Shown: piece after piece, positions 35,795-40,593 of the stretch
Numbering within the stretch: position 1 is the first letter of the stretch
Layout of the letters: every line of letters begins with the position of its first letter
Source of the DNA: Draconibacterium orientale
GTDB lineage: Bacteria; Bacteroidota; Bacteroidia; Bacteroidales; UBA1556
Assembly: GCA_022736595.1 (NCBI GenBank)
Contig: DZDC01000003.1
Location: 1 to 40,593 of the forward strand
Direction: 5' to 3'
DNA length: 40,593 bases
The notes under the pieces: model-generated
Told to the model about the DNA's origin: nothing
Databases searched by the model: none
What the model saw: only the letters and a program-made list of their open reading frames with translations
Position numbers and translations under genes: made by a program

Positions 35795-36675
35795 TTTTCT
35801 AGTTTTTGATAGTAATTCATTCTTGATTCCTTTTGTGAAAGAACGAGATCGTGCAATCCATTTTTAATTTCAATTATAGTGGTGTTTTTGCCAATATTTT
35901 TTGCATATTTCTTAATATGTTCTACATCCAACACTGCATCAGACTTTAAAACTTCATCCGACCATTTCGATCCTTTATAAGATTTGTCAGAGTGTAATAC
36001 TACGATCGGACATTGAATGTTGAGGCCGCTCTGCAATTCCTGTTGTGCCAAGTGAATTGCTCTTATCCAACCCAAATAGGTGGGAAAATTTTCAATAGGT
36101 TTCCATTGGGTATTAAAATCCCATTCCCCTTTGTGTTTGATATGTAAGCTCATAGGATAGGTTTGGGGTAATTTGCTCATCTCTAGATATGGAAACCATT
36201 TTCCTAAGGGTGAAAGTAGGGGTATGGTCAATTTTGAAATGGCTGGAACATTAAAATCGAAGAATGGACTGTTAAGAATCAAACCACTGATATTTGAATG
36301 GTAATGAGCATATAAAGCTGTGGTTAATCCCCCAGTACTATGACCATTTAAGATAATTTTCGATACATTCCATGGTTCAATAAATTTAATGGCGTAGTCA
36401 ATTTCTTGAAAATATTCTTTGATTTCACCTATAAAATTAGGTTTATCCTCAGGGCGTAAATTTCGACCATAACGGCGCAGGTCAATCGCAACAAAATCAA
36501 AGCCTAGATTGTTAAACCAAAGAGCCATTTCTGTTTGAAAGAAATAATCGATAAAACCATGTACGTAGATGATAGCCCCTTTTGATTCAATATCGGTTCT
36601 GCGATAAATTAGGGTTGCTTCGCTTTTGTTTTCCTCAACCTGAAAGGTATGAAGTGTAAAATCTGTACTTTTCAT
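35776..36675 (-). CDS. Alpha/beta-fold hydrolase (lysophospholipase/monoacylglycerol-lipase-like)
   Basis: 299 aa with the HGF oxyanion region, nucleophile elbow GHSTGG and a C-terminal GLHDL histidine motif. It overlaps the downstream gene by 19 nt. Confidence 0.8.
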   Translation of the reverse strand: MKSTDFTLHTFQVEENKSEATLIYRRTDIESKGAIIYVHGFIDYFFQTEMALWFNNLGFDFVAIDLRRYGRNLRPEDKPNFIGEIKEYFQEIDYAIKFIEPWNVSKIILNGHSTGGLTTALYAHYHSNISGLILNSPFFDFNVPAISKLTIPLLSPLGKWFPYLEMSKLPQTYPMSLHIKHKGEWDFNTQWKPIENFPTYLGWIRAIHLAQQELQSGLNIQCPIVVLHSDKSYKGSKWSDEVLKSDAVLDVEHIKKYAKNIGKNTTIIEIKNGLHDLVLSQKESRMNYYQKLEKWLMQL

Positions 36676-36724
36676 AGGCGTTTTTTAATAATCATGGTTA
36701 ATTTCATTGAACAATAATTCAGAT

Positions 36725-37975
36725 TTATGGCAATGCACTCATCAGTTTATGAATATTATCAACCTGGGTATTGAGTTGTCTTAAAAAATCCAGTTTGGTT
36801 TTATAATTCTTAATTTCAACCATTTGGTTGCAGTCTTTTTTAATTTGGTTTTGAGTTCCTAACAAAGTAAGTTGTCGTTGATAGGCCGAGATCTGACATC
36901 TAATAAAATTGACCTTAACAATGGAAGTCTTAAGTTGGTCTTTTTTGTTTTTTAACGCCTGATTGGTGGGTTCTGAGGCCAGCTTTTTTGCATTTAACCG
37001 TTCCATTTGCTTCAATTGTTCGTCTTTTTCTTCAATGTTTTTGATTAAAGATTGTTCTTCAGGTGTCATTATTGGGGTCAAATCATAATAAATTAGCCCT
37101 TTAATATCAACTTCATAATTACCAAATTCTTGTTGTTTAATAATGATTTGGTCTCCCTCGACATACCTATATAGAAAATACTTATCGTTAAATAAGTACT
37201 TGATTAGTAGTTTCTTCAGTTCATTATTATTCGAATTCAGCTTGGTGTTTTCTATTAAGGAAATCGAAAGACTGGGATTTTTTAGTTTTTTGTAAAATGT
37301 AAACTGTTCTTCTTCTTTGGGTTCGGTGGTTGTATTAATTAATTTTAATATTCCATTTTCCCAAACTTCACTTTGAGATTTTCCAGCCTTCTGAATTTCA
37401 AAAAGTCCATTTAAGATTCCATTTTCTGAAAGTTGAACCCGAACAAAGTAATTGCCGATACTGTCTAAAAAAATTAGGCTGTCCACCAAAATACCTTTAT
37501 TCCACGTGGCTTCAATAAATATTTTTTCTACGGTTATGGGGCTTTCTTTTTTAGTTCTGTTTTGCTGGTCTATTTTTTTATATTTTTCGATGATCCCTTT
37601 ATACTTCCATTGCCCATCAGGCATTCCGTCTTTATAATTAGCTTCTAGAATTATTTCATAGGAAAAGAAAAACCCAGTTTTATCACTTTCAAAATCTTTT
37701 GAGATGTAATTATAAGTCCAATTGCCATCTTTTAGTCCATTTTTGTAATTTCCTGATATACTGTGGCTAAACCTCCAGTCATCGGTTTTTTCTCTGGCCG
37801 AAAAACGAAATGAACCGTGTTTAATGGTCTGATTATTTGATTTGTAGAAAGCATAGGTTGCACTGCCTTTAATTTTGCCTCCAGAATAAAAGTCTCCATC
37901 ATAACGTTCCGTTTTCTGAGAATATAGGCTAGAACTTAACCAAAGCAGACTAATAAAACCAAGTATTTTGGTCAT
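36725..37975 (-). CDS. Secreted protein with MORN/YwqK-like repeats and a C-terminal coiled coil
   Basis: The start is set at the ATG at 37975 (MTKILGFISLLWLSSSLYSQ signal peptide). The longer ORF to 38068 would overlap era by 41 nt. Repeats include YKNGLKDGNWTY, YKDGMPDGQWKY and WENGIL. The C-terminus is a K/E/Q-rich heptad-like region. Confidence 0.65.
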   Translation of the reverse strand: MTKILGFISLLWLSSSLYSQKTERYDGDFYSGGKIKGSATYAFYKSNNQTIKHGSFRFSAREKTDDWRFSHSISGNYKNGLKDGNWTYNYISKDFESDKTGFFFSYEIILEANYKDGMPDGQWKYKGIIEKYKKIDQQNRTKKESPITVEKIFIEATWNKGILVDSLIFLDSIGNYFVRVQLSENGILNGLFEIQKAGKSQSEVWENGILKLINTTTEPKEEEQFTFYKKLKNPSLSISLIENTKLNSNNNELKKLLIKYLFNDKYFLYRYVEGDQIIIKQQEFGNYEVDIKGLIYYDLTPIMTPEEQSLIKNIEEKDEQLKQMERLNAKKLASEPTNQALKNKKDQLKTSIVKVNFIRCQISAYQRQLTLLGTQNQIKKDCNQMVEIKNYKTKLDFLRQLNTQVDNIHKLMSALP

Positions 37976-38027
37976 TGATGGGTATTTAATCAATTCAGAA
38001 TAGGTCATTATTTCAGTATTAAGATGA

Positions 38028-38921
38028 CTATTGATTTGAATATCCAAATTTCTTAAGTTGATTATCATTTTCTCTCCAGTCCTTACTCACTTTCACCGTT
38101 AAATCCAAATAGATGTGTTTTTCCGTGAACTCTTCTATTTTTTTGCGAGCTTCAGTTCCTAATCGCTTAATTGCCAGGCCCCCTTTCCCAAGTATGATTG
38201 CTTTTTGAGTTTCTCTATTTACGTAAATGGTTCCTCGGATTTCAATTCTCTTGGATTCTTCAAGGTATTCTTCAATGGAAACTTCGCAGCTATAAGGGAT
38301 TTCTTTCTGATATTGAATCAAAATTTGTTCTCTTATAAGCTCACTTACAAAAAAGCGCATGGTTTTATCGGTAAGCTCATCTTTTGGAAAGAACGGAGGA
38401 CTTTCTGGAAGCTTAGCAATAATTAGTTTCAACAGGCTTTCAATATTGAATTTGTGTTGTGCCGAGATTGGAATAATGTCAGCTGATTCAAATGCCGATT
38501 TGATTTGCAGAACTTTATTTTCAAGAAATTCCTGGTTAGATAAATCTATTTTATTGATCGCAATAATTAATGGGGCGCCACTTTTGGTAATTTTTTTAAT
38601 AATTTCTTCGGAAGGAATTTCTTCTTTTACATCCATCACGAAAAGAATTACATCCGCGTCTTCAAGGGCAGTTCCCACAAATCCCATCATGGCTTCATGA
38701 AGTTTATAGGAAGGTTTATCGATGATTCCAGGAGTATCTGAGAACACAATTTGATAATCATCGCCGTTTACGAAGCCCATTATTCGATGCCTTGTGGTCT
38801 GTACTTTTGCATTTACAATGCTAAGGTTTTCGCCTGTAATAGCATTCATTAAGGTCGATTTTCCTACATTGGGAACACCAATAATATTTACAAATCCAGC
38901 CTTATGTTGATTGTCATTCAT
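38028..38921 (-). CDS. era: GTPase Era
   Basis: 297 aa with G1 GVPNVGKST, G3 DTPG, G4 NKID and a C-terminal KH domain. Confidence 0.95.
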   Translation of the reverse strand: MNDNQHKAGFVNIIGVPNVGKSTLMNAITGENLSIVNAKVQTTRHRIMGFVNGDDYQIVFSDTPGIIDKPSYKLHEAMMGFVGTALEDADVILFVMDVKEEIPSEEIIKKITKSGAPLIIAINKIDLSNQEFLENKVLQIKSAFESADIIPISAQHKFNIESLLKLIIAKLPESPPFFPKDELTDKTMRFFVSELIREQILIQYQKEIPYSCEVSIEEYLEESKRIEIRGTIYVNRETQKAIILGKGGLAIKRLGTEARKKIEEFTEKHIYLDLTVKVSKDWRENDNQLKKFGYSNQ

Positions 38922-39008
38922 ATCATTTATATTTTCGGCAAAGTAACTAAAAAAGAAGGAGCAAAATTTCTAATTTTTAGATGGTATTTAAAGGCCTCAA
39001 TGGAGAGC

Positions 39009-40367
39009 CTACTTTGGTAGGTGATTTGAAATGTTTTTCAAAACGTTTCGATATCTTATATAAAAAAGGGTGGAAGCAAAACCTAATCCTACAATAAAAG
39101 CAATCCAAATGCCAATGATCCCCAATCCCAATTCAAATGTAAGCAAATATGCAAGAGGAATATTGACAACAATATAGGCAATAAATGCATATACCATGGC
39201 ACGTTTAACATCTCCAATCCCTCGCAGAATACTTAGCATAACCACTTGAAGACCATCAAATAACTGAAACATGGCTGCAAAAATCAGAAGTTGAGAACAA
39301 AGTTCAATTACTGCAACGTCATTGCTATAGATTTGAGGTATATAATATCGAAATAGATAGAATAATGCACCAGTCATAGCCATAAAACTGATTACTAAAT
39401 GCACCGATGCTTTTGCAGCCATAGTCATAGCATGAATGTCTCCCGTTCCAAGTTGATGCGAAACTCGAATTGTTGTTGCAGAGCCTATACCCACAACTAT
39501 CATAAACGAAATTGAAGCCAAGCCTAAAACAATTTGATGAGATGCAATAGCCACCACACCAAGCCATCCTGCCATTATTGCTCCTATGGCAAAAGCCAAT
39601 ACTTCCAAGAGTAATTGTAAACTTATGGGATAGCCCAAATGAAACAATTCTTTTAAATACACCTTATTAATAGGAGGTATTTTTTCAACTAAAAAATAAG
39701 GAATAAAAGCTTCTTCCCTAGCAAAAATGTATGCAAACCCAAGTGCCATCACAATTCTACTTAATAAAGTTGCAATCCCAGCTCCAAGTAAACCCATTTC
39801 AGGAAACCCAAACTTACCGTAAATCAAGAAATAATTAAAAATCACATTTACTAAATTACCAACGATAGTAATGTACATCGCATTTTTTGTGTTTCCTATC
39901 CCTTCAGAAAACTGCTTAAATGTAAAGAAAAAAGATAGAGGGATAAGCGAAATTACCAACACTATATAATAAGGTATAGCGAGTTCTGCCACTCCCGCTT
40001 TTTGATTCATAAATGGAAAAGCGAAAATGGCTAATAATAAAAGAATGCCAATCGCAATGTTTAAGGCAATATTGATGAATAATGAGTTATAAAAAATGGA
40101 TGATAAGGCCGTTTTGTCCCCTCTGGCGACTGATTTACCTACAATAGGCGTCATGCCAAATGAAAATCCCATGGTAATTATCATTCCAATGATAAATATG
40201 GAATTAGCAAAAGCCGAAGCCGCCAAGTCTAATGTACCACGGTGCCCTACCATCATATTATCGACTTGTTGCACCATCACTTGTCCAATCTGCGCAATGA
40301 TTACCGGTAAAGCAAGCTTTAAATTGCGTTTATAATAGGGTAAAAAGATTTTTACTGTTGAAATCAT
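39009..40367 (-). CDS. MATE family efflux transporter (NorM-like)
   Basis: 452 aa with 12 hydrophobic segments. The N-terminus is NLKLALPVIIAQIGQVMVQQVDNMMVGH. Confidence 0.88.
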   Translation of the reverse strand: MISTVKIFLPYYKRNLKLALPVIIAQIGQVMVQQVDNMMVGHRGTLDLAASAFANSIFIIGMIITMGFSFGMTPIVGKSVARGDKTALSSIFYNSLFINIALNIAIGILLLLAIFAFPFMNQKAGVAELAIPYYIVLVISLIPLSFFFTFKQFSEGIGNTKNAMYITIVGNLVNVIFNYFLIYGKFGFPEMGLLGAGIATLLSRIVMALGFAYIFAREEAFIPYFLVEKIPPINKVYLKELFHLGYPISLQLLLEVLAFAIGAIMAGWLGVVAIASHQIVLGLASISFMIVVGIGSATTIRVSHQLGTGDIHAMTMAAKASVHLVISFMAMTGALFYLFRYYIPQIYSNDVAVIELCSQLLIFAAMFQLFDGLQVVMLSILRGIGDVKRAMVYAFIAYIVVNIPLAYLLTFELGLGIIGIWIAFIVGLGFASTLFYIRYRNVLKNISNHLPK

Positions 40368-40519
40368 AGGTGCAAATTAAGGTACTTTTTTGATTAGTTG
40401 CACAAAAAAATGCCAATTTCAGGAATTATTTGGGTAATTATTAAGGTAACATTGGAAAATATAAGCAATAAATAGGATAAAAATTGATATTAAAATTGTA
40501 TTAAAATTCATTAAATCAA

Positions 40520-40548
40520 TTGATTATTTATTCTACAGAAATAATCAA
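40520..40548. repeat. Perfect 10-bp inverted repeat ttgattattt-N9-aaataatcaa
   Basis: Read directly from the sequence. It lies about 30 nt upstream of the terminal -7 box. It is AT-only, so chance occurrence is possible. Confidence 0.5.
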
Positions 40549-40578
40549 AAAATAATTTGGATGATTAGAAAAGATATA

Positions 40579-40586
40579 TATCTTTG
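40579..40586 (+). promoter_or_regulatory. -7 box TATCTTTG driving a gene that starts at or beyond the right edge
   Basis: TAnnTTTG lies 7 nt from the window end, in the context tatctttgcagccgc. The downstream gene is not visible. Confidence 0.4.
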
Positions 40587-40593
40587 CAGCCGC

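Noticed and set aside
38205-38700. 73- and 113-aa ORFs antisense to era
   Set aside because: They are embedded in a highly conserved GTPase gene and are shadow frames.
1-40593. Scan for CRISPR arrays, transposases/IS ends, integrases, phage genes, toxin-antitoxin pairs, restriction-modification or other recognisable defence genes, tRNA/rRNA genes
   Set aside because: None was found. Every long ORF has a housekeeping, envelope or transport assignment or is a conserved-looking hypothetical. The only tandem repeat is the 44-bp array at 9242-9285, which lacks CRISPR-like spacers. No abrupt compositional island was visible by eye.

Overview
The window reads as an AT-rich chromosomal segment of a Bacteroidota-type genome. 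Supporting signs are many TAnnTTTG -7 promoter boxes, no obvious Shine-Dalgarno sites, the parA-parB-DUF5683-dapB-lepB gene order, and DUF5686/DUF3276/DUF3298-like proteins. About 36 intact, tightly packed genes are almost all housekeeping or envelope functions: ygfA-like cyclo-ligase, guaA, tatA/tatC, ald-like, ugd, hisS, lptD-like, amidase, mlaD, lepB, dapB, parAB, lptB, era and two MATE pumps. I found no CRISPR array, transposase, integrase, phage gene, recognisable defence system, tRNA or rRNA. The most unusual content is a pair of paralogous modules built on orphan TAXI-type periplasmic solute-binding domains, with no TRAP DctQM membrane partner in the window. (a) At 837-2708 a TAXI domain is fused through three membrane helices to a cytoplasmic TerB-like domain. 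(b) At 22737-25569 the same parts are split into a 2TM/RCK potassium channel gene followed by a secreted TAXI protein, with a divergent stand-alone TerB-like gene. I propose these as an undescribed ligand-sensing or ligand-gated channel system; this is a hypothesis only. Secondary observations are listed here. (1) A roughly 200-nt rod-like fold lies directly upstream of the 5-formyl-THF cyclo-ligase gene, which is the classical 6S RNA synteny. (2) An orphan promoter-terminator pair sits in a 417-bp spacer. (3) An 11-bp-phased ATACCTAAT x4 tandem repeat lies in a 3' spacer. (4) There is an unannotated 38-codon membrane ORF. (5) A 468-aa protein of unknown function is coupled to tatAC. All calls come from reading the sequence and translations by eye; no searches or folding programs were run.
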